64,000 nt of DNA, from NCBI RefSeq assembly GCF_006345805.1, contig NC_043005.1, forward strand, positions 35,092,001 through 35,156,000. The letters are read 5' to 3'. Both the position numbers and the translations under genes were made by a program. Positions 42,356 through 52,513 of this stretch are shown one piece after another (within the stretch, counting starts at the first letter, position 1; each line of letters starts with the position of its first letter). The notes below the pieces were generated by a model. That model saw only the letters and a program-made list of their open reading frames with translations, made no database searches and was not told the origin of the DNA. The stretch comes from Octopus sinensis (lineage: Eukaryota).

Positions 42356-43496
42356 GATGAAAAAAAGGTACTGAAACCTATTTGAAAATGATTCCAGGCT
42401 TACCATCCCTATAGGAAGTGCAAAAAATCATATTAACTGGAACGGCTCATGTACTGAGAAGAGCATTATCGCTGTGAAAATAACATCCATCAATGAATTT
42501 ATTTATTTATTAATTTTTAAATACATATTTTGTCTGTGAATTTGCATGTTTGATCTGGGAATGCATACAATGAGCTTCTCTGCCCTAGGTGTATGGAAAA
42601 CACTCGGTGAGAAACGGAAGAAAATTTGAAGAAAGAAGAAAAAAGCATGATAATAATAATAATAATAATAATAATCCTTTCTACTGTAGGCACAAATTTT
42701 GAGGGAGGGGGCTAGTTGATTACATTGAGCCCAATGCGTAACTGGTACTTACTTCACTGACCCCGAAAGAATGAAAAGCACAGTAACCTTGGTAGAACTC
42801 AGAATGTAATGATGGACAAAATGTCGTTAAGCATTTCGCTCGGTATGATAATGATTCTGCCAGCTCACTGTCTTAATGATAATAATCTTTTCTACTGAAG
42901 GTACAACGCCTGCAATTTTGGGGGAGAGGACTGGTCAATTACATTGACCCCAGTGTTTCACTGGTACTTAATTTATTGACCTGAAAGGATGAAAGGCAAA
43001 GTCGACCTTGGCAGAATTTGAACTCAGAATGTGAAGACTGGTGAAATGCTGTTAAGCACTTTGCCTGGGGTGCTAAGGATTCTGTCAGCTTACTGTATTA
43101 ATGATAATAATAATCCTTTCTACAATAGCACAAGGCCTGAAATTTGGAGTGGGGGGGACTAGTTGATTAGATTGACCCCAGTGTTTCATTGGTACTTAAT
43201 TTATTGACCTTGAAAGGATGAAAGGCAAAGTTGACCCTGGCAGAATTTGGAGCTCAGAAAATAGCGATGGGCAAAATACCTATTTCTTTACTACCCACAA
43301 GGGGCTAAACACAGAGTGGACAAACAAGGACATACAAATGGATTAAATCGATTATATCAACCCCAGTGTGTAACTGGTACTTATTTAATCGACCCCGAAA
43401 GGATGAAAGGCAAAGTTGACCTCGGTGGAATTTGAACTCAGAACATAGCGGCAGGTGTGTTAATGATTCTGTTAGCTCGCTACTTTAATGATAATG

Positions 43497-43534
<38 letters not shown>

Positions 43535-46500
43535 TAATTCTTTTATTGGCCACAAGGGCTGACAAAAATTAATTATAACATAAAGGGACAAAACACAGGA
43601 CAAAAAATTATAACAATGAAAAACTCCCAATAGGGGGAGGCGTTATGAAAGGTTCCTGGTGGAAAAACCCATAAAATCCATCGGAGCCTGGTCAAAAGGG
43701 GGGTAGAGAGCCCCTTTCTCCTTTTGTAATACCTTTTTTTTTTACAGGTGTATCCTCACCTGGCCATATTATGGAAGATATGTTGGAAGGTGAATAGAGG
43801 ACAATTACACATATGACAATAGGCTTGAAATATAAACTTGTTTTTGTTTTGTTTAGGTCAGCTCTGATCTAACGAATCTATAATGAAAGGCATTCCAGCC
43901 ATAACCATCCCTCCTTTACATAATTTTTATTTTATTAAACTGTGTATCAAAAAGTATTTTATCAAATATGTTCCTTTTCTTAAATCATTTTGTTACCATA
44001 TTTCTGTTGAAATACACTACATATATTTCAACTAGTTTTGAAAATAATAAAGAATTTAGTAAAATAAATGTTGTAATCAAGTTAGTGTTTGGATCAGAAA
44101 TTAGCATGGAATTTTGATGGAAGGTTTTAATTTTGATCCCTTTAAAAGGGAAAGTTAGTAAGATAGGACTAGTGACAGTCTCAGGATTGGTTGATATCAA
44201 AAGAGTTAAACATGACAGGAAGTGAACTGAAGGATATTTGGCTGCTATTTCTAGCATGTAGAAGCTCCTTTACAATAGTATCATCTTTTCATCTTTTATC
44301 TCTTGCTTGTTTCAGTCATTAGACTGTGGCCATGCTGGAGCACTGCTTTGAAATTTTAGTCAAATGAATTGATTCCAGTACATTTTTTTATGCTTGTTAC
44401 TTGTTTTGTTTCCTTTGCCAAACTGCTAAGTTATGGGGATGTACACATCAACACTGGTTATGAAGCAGTGATGGGATACACACACACACAGACACACAAT
44501 AGGCTTCTTTCAGTTTCTGTCAACCAAATCCACTCATAAGGCTATGGTAGGAATTACTTTGAAGTGGGACTGAACCTGGAACCAATTGGTTGGGAAGCAA
44601 GCTTCTGACACACAGCCATACCTGTAAAAGAAAACTGGTCAAATCAATCTACTTTTAGGTCACTAACTCATGAGAGCTCAAAACTTCATACCCTTAATGG
44701 GTATTTTGTTTGGTTTGACTTCAGTACGTCTTGCTGTTGTGTACAATGTCTGCTGCTAAGTATGGTAGCATCATGAAGAAAATATTAATCTTTCTTCTTA
44801 ATATCATAAGCTTCAAAGAAAGTATCAGTCTGGTGGAATATAGAGGTAGTCAGAGTAGAAATTTGACAAAATGGTAAATATATGTCTAAGAATAGAGGCC
44901 CAAGCTGTTTGGTAAAAAAGTATTGTCAATATGGTAGCTGAACATGCCCAGGAGAAGGAGCAGGTTAAAGGAGTGGGTTAAAGAGAATGAAAAAAAGGAA
45001 GATAAATGCTGTGCAATTAAACGCAAGTAATTGTAAGGGGTATTAATTAAAATAAAGGTGTGCCTTGATGGTTGACAACATTGAGGTATGGTTTTTTCCT
45101 ATTAAACCATAACACATTAGATTGTTGCTGGCCCACCCAATGCTGACAAAGCAAACTCAAAAATCAATGCTTAAGCATAAATTTAATTCAAGCTATAATA
45201 AGAAAACTAACAAACAAGGAAGTACTAGTCACATCTGAAGAGCAAAAATACAAAATGAAGAAAAATTGCATGATTGTGAGAACTTGTGCTACAACTTTTT
45301 TTCCTAAATATATAAATATCAGTGTGACTCACAAACAGTTTTGTGTGGCTCACCTTTTTCATGACAGGTCTACAATATAAGTGTGTCTTGATGGTAAGAG
45401 ACTTGAGTCTACTTGTATTGGTTTAGACAGTTTTAAAAAATATGAACGTGTTCTACTTGATACTGTTACCACTATTAGCTGGCAAAATACTTAGCATCAT
45501 GTCATCTGTCTTTACATTCTGGGTTCAATTTCTACTTAGGCTGACTTTGCTTTCATCCTTTCTGGGTCTATAAATCAAGTACCATTTGAATACTGGGATC
45601 AACTGTAATCGACTAGTCCTGTCCCCCAAATTTTAGGTCTTGTACCTATAATAGAAAGGATTATTAGCTGGCAGAATTGTTAGAGCATTTTAATATTTCT
45701 TCCAGCTCTTCCTGTTCAGAATTAAAATACTGCTGAGGTCAACTTTGCTTTTCATCTTTCTGAGGTTAATAAAAGCAAGAACTGGTCAAGTACTGACATG
45801 GACAGATCAGTTAAACCTTTTCGTCTCAAGATCTCTGGTCTTGTGCCAAAATTTGTAACCAAAATTAGAGTGGTGCCCTAACCAAAGAGAAAATTCTCTT
45901 TCATCAGTACAACTTGAAGAAATGAGAGAATAATGTGCTTATTCTATGAATAGACATGGTTCATGAAGCGTTTAATGGCTTAATTTTAACAAAGAAGTAA
46001 ATAAGGCTATGGAATAAGAATGGACATTAAAAACTCTGCTAAAACAAACTGGTGGAGACTAATGAATATTTATTGTAGAGTTATGAAATGGCACTATTCT
46101 TTTATTCTTTTACTTGTTTCAGTCATTTGACTGCGGCCAGGCTGAAGCACCACCTTTAGTTGAACAAATCAACCCCAGGACTTATTCTTTATAAGCCTAA
46201 TATTTATTCTATCAGTCTCTTTTGCCAAACTGTTAAGTTATGGGGATGTAAATACAACATCGGTTGTCAAGTGATAGTGGGGGGACAAACACAGAAACAC
46301 ACACACACACACACACACACATACAATGGGCTTCTATCAGTTTCCATCTACCAAATCCACTCACAAGGCTTTAGTTGGCCTGAGGCTATAGTAGAAGACA
46401 CTCGCACAAAGTGCTATGGAATCATGTGGTTGGGAAGCAATTTTCTTACCACACAGCTGCTCCTGTGATTTTTTGTAATGATTGCGAAAAAAAAAAAAAA

Positions 46501-47146
46501 AGATAAGATATATTTTCTCTTCATTTTCTTTTTTGTTCTTTGATTTAAAATTCAAACTTCCAATCCAGCCAAGATTTATCCAGAAATGATTATTTTCCTT
46601 ACAATAACTGATCACTAGGGCAGGCCATGTGCATGAAGTTGTTAGTTTAGCTTAAAATAAATGGATCAGAATAAATAAACATGAATAAAGAAATCTGAAG
46701 GGAATAAAGAATTCTTGGAGTACCTGACTATTATGGTAAAGTAGAATATAGACTAGTTATGATGATGCTGATGATAGCAGTGGTGGTGATGGTGGTAGAG
46801 AAGAATAATTTTAAATAGTATTTGAAGCTAAACCCTGAATGGGAGGTTAACAAGTTAGTTTAGAGATCATATCATGATATGTTCAAATATTACTGATGTG
46901 GCTACTGTTTTGTGTCTCTGAGTAAGGCACACAGCTCTATTTGCTCTAGTTTACCTGACAGGTGAAAAAAAAATAACAAGTGCTAGACCTTATTTTAAAG
47001 ATGAGGGTTTAACAGTTCATAAAGAAGAGCATCCACCTGTAAAAACAATGTCTCTTTACCCTGCATCTGAAATATATTCCATTCATAATAACAGAAATAT
47101 ATTTTTAAAACACTGATATGTGTGTGTGTGTGTGCGTTTATTTGTG

Positions 47147-47178
<32 letters not shown>

Positions 47179-50042
47179 CACACACACAAACTGTACAATA
47201 TTCTAAATAAAATAAAGACTACAAAATTGTATTATATATATTCTAAAACATTCTAAAATGCATCAAGTTATTTCTAGTAGAACTGGTTTTCTTGGTCTTT
47301 GGACCAAGTGTGTGAGTGTGTAAGTTTGTACAGAGTGGAGAGAAGAAAGTGTGCTATTTTTCAGTCTAGCAAAGCCATTTCAATAGAATCTGTCTTCAGG
47401 CACATTCATTGGAGATTAATATCTTCCAGGTGTTAGGGTTAATCAAAAGTGCCTTCAAGTTAACCTTTCTATATTCTTTGCAGTGCACCCTGTGATCTCC
47501 TAGCTGGATTCTTTCCTGTCGGTAGTACTCTGGAGAGAAGTTTCTCCCAAATAATCCCATCATCCATTTTGGATCACAATCCAACCAACAGACATGTTCT
47601 CTCTCTATGAAATATACGAAAGGCAATAATTCTTCAAAGATGATGAATATTAAAAGATACAAGTTAAAACTTGTCAGATTGTTATTGTAGAGAATTCCAG
47701 GAAGTAAATCCCACTTTTATTTTGTTATTCAATCATTTGAAACAGAAATAATGTCCAGCTTTTAGAAATAAATTAAATGATTCCTATTTAATAACCAAAA
47801 TTTGTCAAAATGTCCAATATACTCTTTTACTTGTTTCAGTCATTTGACTGCGGCCATGCTGGAGCACCGCCTTTAGTCGAGCAAATCGACCCCGAGACTT
47901 ATTCTTTGTAAGCCCAGTACTTATTCTATCGGTCTCTTTTGCCAAACCGCTAAGTGACGGGGATGTAAACACACCAGCATTGGTTGTCAAGCAATGCTAG
48001 TGGGACAAACACATACACATATATATACAGATATACGACAGGCTTCTTTCAGTTTCCGTCTACCAAATCCACTCACAAGGCATTGGTCGGCCCGGGGCTA
48101 TAGCAGATGACACTTGCCCAAGATGCCATGCAGTGGGACTGAACCCGGAACCATGTGGTTGGTTAGCAAGCTACTTACCACACAGCCACTCCTGCGCCTA
48201 TTTGAAAATTGTCACAAACCATTGCTGTCGTTTGTCATCATCATTGGTGTCTTCAATGTCAATAATTGCCATCATTTCCATTGTCATCATCATTGTTATT
48301 TATTCCTAAGTCAACTCTGATTGAGTAGACCAATGATCATAGATATTCCAGGCATGACACTATGACCTGTCCTTTCACAAGACAGTAAAAGATGATTTGA
48401 GAGGGATTTAGGTGTTAGTTCTAGCAGGCTTGGGGCTTTCTTTCATAAATAAAATACTCAAGGTCTTCAATTTGAAACATTTTGTTTGGAGCAAAGTCCT
48501 TATTTAAAAAAGTTTCTTTAAAACCCTGAAAAAAAAAATGAAGCTTGAGCCAATGACACAGGGTACAGGCATAGCTATGTGGTAAGAAGCTTGCTTCCCA
48601 ACCACATGGCTCTGGGTTCAGTCCCACTGTGTGACACTTTGGGGAAGTGTCTTTGGTAAACTTTTTAATACTTTTTGATAGTTATATATATTTAATAATA
48701 AAAAAAAAATTTTTTTTAATCTATAAAAAAAAAATTATAAATATGAATTAATAATTTCAATTTTAAATAATTTAAATCTTTAAATTTTATATTTTATATA
48801 TTTTGTATATTATATTAATTATTTTAATTTTTATATTTTGGTTTATGTTTTTCATTGTTTGATTTGCATAATAATGGTTTTATCTCTAATTTAATTTATA
48901 TATATATATATATATATATATAATAATAATATTGGTTTATGTCTATCACTGTTTGAGTTGCTTAATAGTGGTTTTATCTCTAATTCATATTTTATATATA
49001 TATATATACGTACGTACGTACGTACGTACGTACGTATGTATGTATGTATGTATGTGTGTGTGTGTCTTTGTGTCTGTGTTTTTCCCTCACCACTGCTGGA
49101 CCGCTACTGTAAATTAGTGGTTTGGCAAAAGAGATTGATAGAACAAGTATTAAGCTTTAAAAACAATGTACTGGTGTCAATTCATTTGATTAAAACTTCT
49201 TCAAGGTGGAGCCTCAACATGGCTGCAGTCTAATGACTGAAACAAGTAAAAGATTAAAAGATGAAGAAAGAGATAGGGTAAGGAGAGAAGAAGGTAATGA
49301 AATGAAGTCAGAGAAGGACTGTAAGAAGTTCAACATAAACCAAACTATTAAATTCATTCTGTAGTTATGAAGGTGACTAGCAAGATGTGAAGGTGATTGA
49401 GAAATTATTAAAACTCACAGCCACAACATTATGAGAGGGTGCTGAATAGTTTCTGGCTTTGGGTAAAAGAAAATACAAGAGGATCAGTTAATTATGAATT
49501 TATTCATCAAATTCACACACTAATTGCAGGAGTCCTTCAGTACTGTAAAAGAACTTGGAAGGTTGAGCCTCTAACCAGGCCTTTTGCGATACCCTTGAAA
49601 CCAGAAACTTTTCAGCACCCCTTCGTACATAAACACTGCAATAAAAGAAAGAGATGCTCTTTTGAAATAAATAAAGACTTACCTCCAAGTGATTTGAAGC
49701 GTAGTTCCTTCAGACCGACTTTTTTAGTTCCTCTGTCATAGTTACTTGCTACAAATAAACTGTAGTATTTTTCTTTATGTTTGAAAAGTTCCCTTCCGCG
49801 AATAATCTGAAGATTAGTAAGGGGGATGTAGTCCGCAAAAACGCCAATTATTAGAACATAACCAGTAATTTCCCTGATACTGTCTAGGAATGACAAGTCA
49901 TATTTGATTGTCTTGTCATTGAGGAAAACAATTTCCAAATTGCCTTCAATATATGTACAGTTCGTGTATTTTCTCCGTAGTGATTCATATCTGAACGCTG
50001 CTGAGCCAGAATGCGTTAGCTTCTGTTTTGTACCACGGCAAA
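511..50042 (-). CDS. EGFR: Epidermal growth factor receptor (ErbB family RTK), partial multi-exon gene: 17 exons from the L1 domain to the kinase N-lobe
   Basis: Exons joined at GT-AG sites give one open frame: L1 ([23 protein letters not shown]), furin-like Cys-rich, L2 ([23 protein letters not shown]), Cys-rich, [34 protein letters not shown]. All junction phases match. Confidence 0.97.
2246..2281 (+). ncRNA. Decayed minimal hammerhead-like motif (CUGUUGA variant) in a dispersed repeat
   Basis: CTTT-CTGTTGA-A-GAGT-GTAG-GCAT-GAAAC-AT-A-AAAG; homologous with flanks to 59927-59962. Confidence 0.45.
2663..2776 (-). CDS. EGFR: EGFR exon, JM-B and Gly-rich loop ([38 protein letters not shown]), 114 bp
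   Basis: [10 protein letters not shown]; ttcag and gtgag splice sites. Confidence 0.96.
3082..3983 (+). mobile_element. Internally deleted mariner element with both TIRs and TA target duplication
   Basis: TIRs TGAGGTGGTTTAAAAAAATTCCTGGACTAGTT and AACTAGTCCAGAAACTTTTTGATACCACCTTG, flanked by TA; decayed transposase ([14 protein letters not shown].., [18 protein letters not shown]). Confidence 0.9.
4343..4508 (-). CDS. EGFR: EGFR exon, transmembrane helix and basic juxtamembrane segment ([32 protein letters not shown]...YDENE), 166 bp
   Basis: Hydrophobic stretch followed by KRRR; tacag acceptor, GT donor (gttggc). Confidence 0.92.
4555..4795. mobile_element. Mariner-type MITE remnant
   Basis: Ends resemble GTGCTGGAGAGTTCC and GGAACTTTTCAGCAC; similar to the MITE at 49432-49625. 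Confidence 0.45.
5095..5775 (-). mobile_element. Mariner transposase remnant (catalytic DD34D-type region) with 3' TIR
   Basis: [43 protein letters not shown]; terminus next to TA at 5093-5094. Confidence 0.9.
5815..6030 (+). mobile_element. Non-LTR retrotransposon (RTE-like) reverse transcriptase fragment
   Basis: [16 protein letters not shown] and [21 protein letters not shown]. Confidence 0.8.
6314..6406 (+). ncRNA. Type I hammerhead ribozyme with intact core, copy 1 (predicted cleavage after GUA at 6398)
   Basis: Stem I TAATTGG/CCAA(A)TTA; CTGATGA at 6321-6327; stem II GTGCT/AGTAC enclosing CATTTTA/TAAAATG and TGTTGTAA-TAC-TTACAACA; GAAA at 6387-6390; stem III AC-GATT-GT; A17. Confidence 0.85.
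6637..6729 (+). ncRNA. Type I hammerhead ribozyme with intact core, copy 2 (predicted cleavage after 6721)
   Basis: Identical to the copy at 6314-6406, offset 323 bp. Confidence 0.82.
6844..6959 (-). CDS. EGFR: EGFR exon, membrane-proximal ectodomain ([38 protein letters not shown]), 116 bp
   Basis: tgtag acceptor, gtatgt donor; supplies the phase 0-2 bridge; NCT..CP...PY pattern. Confidence 0.88.
7905..8053 (-). mobile_element. Mariner 5' terminal fragment, same family as 24787-25170
   Basis: Reverse complement aligns by eye with 24787-24930. Confidence 0.65.
8052..9908 (-). mobile_element. Composite non-autonomous retroposon, copy A: about 4 tandem ~330-bp units, a terminal unit with three ~61-bp subrepeats, LINE-like 3' end and (ATG)n tail
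   Basis: 3' end CCATGCTAGCATGGAAAGCGGACGTTAAA(TGA)n; recurring (CAAAT)n-AATAGATGAACATC unit borders; near-identical to 56841-57468 and 62264-63977. Confidence 0.85.
9971..11127 (-). mobile_element. Internally deleted Tc1-like element with ~245-bp terminal inverted repeats
   Basis: 9971-10215 is an imperfect reverse complement of 10875-11127; [13 protein letters not shown] and [10 protein letters not shown] motifs. Confidence 0.85.
11416..11667 (-). CDS. EGFR: EGFR exon, CR2 extension with furin-like repeats ([16 protein letters not shown]...[26 protein letters not shown]), 252 bp
   Basis: tgcag acceptor, gtaag donor; two CHxEC..C.G furin-like modules. Confidence 0.93.
14427..14595 (-). CDS. 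EGFR: EGFR exon, CR2 extension ([16 protein letters not shown]...[14 protein letters not shown]...GKI), 169 bp
   Basis: tcaag acceptor, gtaag donor; bridges phase 2 to 0; GGCNSC and CPDGF. Confidence 0.88.
15747..15874 (-). CDS. EGFR: EGFR exon, CR2 ([43 protein letters not shown]), 128 bp
   Basis: ttcag acceptor, gtatgt donor; GP.C...CP and C..CH.NC..G motifs. Confidence 0.92.
17010..17452 (-). mobile_element. Older relative of the (ATG)n-tailed retroposon with diverged ~65-bp subrepeats
   Basis: Shares TTTCCATGCTAGCATGGGTTGGA and CTACAGCTGGATGCCCTTCCTAACGCCAACCACT; repeated GTGCCACC..GCCAGT scaffold. Confidence 0.8.
17785..19289 (-). mobile_element. 5'-truncated Penelope-like retroelement: RT C-terminus, GIY-YIG endonuclease and 3' pseudo-LTR
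   Basis: WKRYLHDCF (RYxDD-like), [45 protein letters not shown]...H; ORF open to 18218. Confidence 0.93.
17982..18028 (-). ncRNA. Degenerate minimal type I hammerhead in the Penelope 3' region
   Basis: ATTCAAAGCA-ATGAATA-G-TATGTTA-C-GAAAC-TGCG-GT-A-TGCTTGAAT; stems I and III and GAAA retained, core differs from CTGANGA at two positions. Confidence 0.6.
19373..19572 (-). CDS. EGFR: EGFR exon, CR2 ([24 protein letters not shown]...[15 protein letters not shown]), 200 bp
   Basis: ttcag acceptor, gtaag donor; GCWG.GP..C and CHPQC...CTGP motifs. Confidence 0.94.
20893..21174 (+). mobile_element. Possible non-autonomous Helitron/Helentron-type element
   Basis: Begins ACTAG; ends (ACAG)n...TTTTATATAATAGA; family call by resemblance only. 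Confidence 0.35.
24203..24445 (+). mobile_element. tRNA-derived SINE whose 3' part contains a decayed minimal hammerhead (24355-24400)
   Basis: A box TAGTGGTTAAG, B box GAGTTCGATTTC, (AAT)n spacer, then GACAC-ATGAAGA-A-GACTG..CAGCT-GAAA-TGT-T-GTGTC. Confidence 0.7.
24787..25170 (+). mobile_element. Mariner 5' TIR plus decayed transposase N-terminus (HTH)
   Basis: TA then TIR; from ATG at 24970: [46 protein letters not shown]. Confidence 0.8.
26172..26285. repeat. 114-bp AT-rich palindrome
   Basis: Arms 26172-26227 and 26230-26285 are reverse complements at 54 of 56 positions. Confidence 0.9.
26749..26939 (-). CDS. EGFR: EGFR exon, end of L2 ([41 protein letters not shown]...NRNNC), 191 bp
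   Basis: ttcag acceptor, gtaag donor; LGL..LK.I..G.V.I..N.NLCYA motif. Confidence 0.94.
29097..29264 (-). CDS. EGFR: EGFR exon, L2 ([10 protein letters not shown]...[13 protein letters not shown]...[18 protein letters not shown]), 168 bp
   Basis: tttag acceptor, gtaag donor; EITG and LSFLxNL.VI.GR motifs. Confidence 0.94.
30350..30500. repeat. Degenerate ~30-bp minisatellite with core GAATAAATATTTA
   Basis: About 5 recurrences of the core. Confidence 0.7.
30603..30708 (-). CDS. EGFR: EGFR exon, start of L2 ([36 protein letters not shown]), 106 bp
   Basis: tctag acceptor, gtaag donor; NI..F..CT.I.G.L motif. Confidence 0.93.
33180..33305. repeat. Degenerate ~18-bp minisatellite (GTGGCTCATGTATAGG-like)
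   Basis: Recurring G.G...CAT.TATRGG units. Confidence 0.6.
33768..33869 (-). CDS. EGFR: EGFR exon ([34 protein letters not shown]), 102 bp
   Basis: tacag acceptor, gtaag donor; CVRxC...C..CEG.CPK. Confidence 0.92.
34485..35310. repeat. Compound (CA)n/(TA)n microsatellite with a ~24-32-bp higher-order period
   Basis: Repeated CATA(CA)nCA(TA)n blocks over about 820 bp. Confidence 0.95.
35846..35987 (-). CDS. EGFR: EGFR exon, CR1 with dimerization arm ([47 protein letters not shown]), 142 bp
   Basis: tgtag acceptor, gtgag donor; CP...YN..T..M..NP..KY.YG..CV..CP motif. Confidence 0.95.
37397..37518 (-). CDS. EGFR: EGFR exon, CR1 ([40 protein letters not shown]), 122 bp
   Basis: [13 protein letters not shown] motif; tttag and gtatgt splice sites. 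Confidence 0.95.
38805..38888 (-). CDS. EGFR: EGFR exon, CR1 (CKPCHRSC...[12 protein letters not shown]), 84 bp
   Basis: tttag acceptor, gtaag donor; CWGxGPxxCQK motif; absent from the ORF track, read manually. Confidence 0.92.
39060..39595. repeat. ~30-bp minisatellite (AAAGTGCATATAAT..CAAGGTGTATAT) interrupted by a tRNA-derived SINE at about 39232-39540
   Basis: Same unit on both sides of the SINE; SINE head TGTGGTTAGG..GAGTTCAATTCC. Confidence 0.7.
40950..41087 (-). CDS. EGFR: EGFR exon, end of L1 ([26 protein letters not shown]...KRRKC), 138 bp
   Basis: ttccag acceptor, gtaag donor; resembles EILxGxVxFxNNxxLC..I.W.DI. Confidence 0.93.
41445..43480 (-). mobile_element. Cluster of about 8 head-to-tail tRNA-derived SINEs (Nin-domain-like core), one nested
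   Basis: Repeated plus-strand ACTGGTACTTA.TTTAT.GACCCCGAAAGGATGAAAGGCAAAGTCGACC..GGAATTTGAACTCAGAA separated by (TAA)n. Confidence 0.85.
47821..48198 (-). mobile_element. Young, near full-length tRNA-derived CORE-type SINE; about 15 further partial copies in the window (e.g. near 11170, 21600, 29530, 32890, 38020, 41150, 44290, 46110, 61670, 61930)
   Basis: Head GGCGCAGGAGTGGCTGTGTGGTAAG..GGGTTCAGTCCC; core GGCATCTTGGGCAAGTGTC; tail GACTGAAACAAGTAAAAGAG. Confidence 0.85.
49432..49625. mobile_element. Mariner-derived MITE with TA duplication
   Basis: TA-TGAGAGGGTGCTGAATAGTTTCTGG ... CCAGAAACTTTTCAGCACCCCTTCG-TA. Confidence 0.85.
49683..50042 (-). CDS. EGFR: EGFR exon, L1 domain (xCRGTKQKL...[11 protein letters not shown]), 360 bp, phase 1-1
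   Basis: Acceptor T-tract-GCAG, donor GTAAG, receptor L-domain motifs. Confidence 0.95.
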
Positions 50043-50124
50043 CTGCAAAAAAAAAAAAACAACAATAATAATAATAAAATAACAACAACAAAATAATAAT
50101 AATGATAATAATAATAATAATAAT

Positions 50125-52066
50125 ATGCACCCTAGTCATAACACTAACTTTAACTTCTAACTTATTGTCTCTTGAGTTCTCTGGGTGAGACTTGGAATCA
50201 ACCTGTACAAATACAAAGCAAAAGCCAAACATATAATGATAATAATAATCCTTTCTTCTGAAGGCACAAGGCCTGAAATTTTGAGGGAGGGGACTAGTCG
50301 ATTACGTCGACTCCAGTGTTTCACTGGTACTTGATTTATTGACCCTGAAAGAATGAAAGGCAAAGTCAACCTTGGCAAAATCTCTTGAAAAACAGGTAAG
50401 GGTTGGTTGGAGACAGGAAGAGTATTCCTGCTGTAAAAATCCTGCCTCAAATCTATTTTCATCTATGTCATGCTAGCACCGGAAAACAAACGTTCGATGA
50501 AAGAAATGAAGAAACTCATCTCTCGGCAACTTGTCAACAGTGATCCTGTATTCCTTTTGCAAAACTAAGTAGCAAAACATGAGATGCAATCTTTTATTTT
50601 GAGAACTGGTTGCCAATTGGAAACCCCTTCTCAATATTGCAAACTCTAATTATTTAGACATTTTACATAGCCTGCACCATTCTTACTCGAGTGCTTACCA
50701 TTTGAATCTAAGACGGTTCTCTCGCAAACTATGGGTTAAATATCACTTTTCTAGGGGGATAATGATAAAACAAAACAAAAAAGGGTTCTTTTTTATCATC
50801 AAACTAACACCTTCTTTTATCTCTAAGATTCCAACAAATTAACCATGCAAGAAATTTGAGAAAAATGCTGCATATGTTTTGATGCAATTTATTTGTCTCA
50901 CATGGAATCAAAATTTCTGCTTGAGAATGCTTCAATGCATTTTTGTCTCTGTGTATTTATTTACTCATTAACTTTCAACAATATACACTCACTTGAACAA
51001 TAAATAAATAAATTCCCCCCAGATGCTCATCCAAGTTGACTGCAGGGTGCACGTATTATTATTATTATTATTAATAATAATAATAATAATAATATGCACC
51101 CTAGTCATAACACTAACTTTAACTTCTAACTTATTGTCTCTTGAGTTCTCTGGGTGAGACTTGGAATCAACCTGTACAAATACAAAGCAAAAGCCAAACA
51201 TATAATGATAATAATAATCCTTTCTTCTGAAGGCACAAGGCCTGAAATTTTGAGGGAGGGGACTAGTCGATTACGTCGACTCCAGTGTTTCACTGGTACT
51301 TGATTTATTGACCCTGAAAGAATGAAAGGCAAAGTCAACCTTGGCAAAATCTCTTGAAAAACAGGTAAGGGTTGGTTGGAGACAGGAAGAGTATTCCTGC
51401 TGTAAAAATCCTGCCTCAAATCTATTTTCATCTATGTCATGCTAGCACCGGAAAACAAACGTTCGATGAAAGAAATGAAGAAGAAACTCATCTCTCGGCA
51501 ACTTGTCAACAGTGATCCTGTATTCCTTTTGCAAAACTAAGTAGCAAAACATGAGATGCAATCTTTTATTTTGAGAACTGGTTGCCAATTGGAAACCCCT
51601 TCTCAATATTGCAAACTCTAATTATTTAGACATTTTACATAGCCTGCACCATTCTTACTCGAGTGCTTACCATTTGAATCTAAGACGGTTCTCTCGCAAA
51701 CTATGGGTTAAATATCACTTTTCTAGGGGGATAATGATAAAACAAAACAAAAAAGGGTTCTTTTTTATCATCAAACTAACACCTTCTTTTATCTCTAAGA
51801 TTCCAACAAATTAACCATGCAAGAAATTTGAGAAAAATGCTGCATATGTTTTGATGCAATTTATTTGTCTCACATGGAATCAAAATTTCTGCTTGAGAAT
51901 GCTTCAATGCATTTTTGTCTCTGTGTATTTATTTACTCATTAACTTTCAACAATATACACTCACTTGAACAATAAATAAATAAATTCCCCCCAGATGCTC
52001 ATCCAAGTTGACTGCAGGGTGCACGTATTATTATTATTATTATTAATAATAATAATAATAATAATA
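50125..52066. repeat. Tandem duplication of a ~969-bp unit
   Basis: ATGCACCCTAGTC at 50125 and 51094; identical ORFs 969 bp apart; one GAA indel. Confidence 0.92.
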
Positions 52067-52468
52067 ACAAAAACAAAGGATTTTTTGAGTTCAGTAGCAA
52101 AATGAAAAAAAAAGCAAAGAAAAGAAAAATAACTCCCCAAAACACAACATGGGATTTGGGTTTTGATAATTTCTCAGGCTCTTTTTTTTTTTCTGTTGCA
52201 GAAAGAAAATGACAAACATTTAATTCAAAGTGATCCCATATTTTTCTAAGAGATATTTAACAGGTTTAGGCTTGGCTGTAAGGTTAAGTTTGCTTTCCAC
52301 CTACATGATTTTAGGTTCAGTTCCACTGCATGGCACCTTGAGCAAATTTCTTCTTTTATAGCTGTAAGTTGGTTAAAGCCTTGTCAGTAGATTCAATAAA
52401 CAGGAACTGAAAGAAGCCTGTTGCATGTGTGTGTATGCATGTACATATATATGTATACATATATATGT

Positions 52469-52513
<45 letters not shown>

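Noticed and set aside
48660-48900. Extremely AT-rich stretch ending in a degraded copy of 48935-48990
   Set aside because: Looks like low-quality consensus or a misassembly rather than a biological feature.
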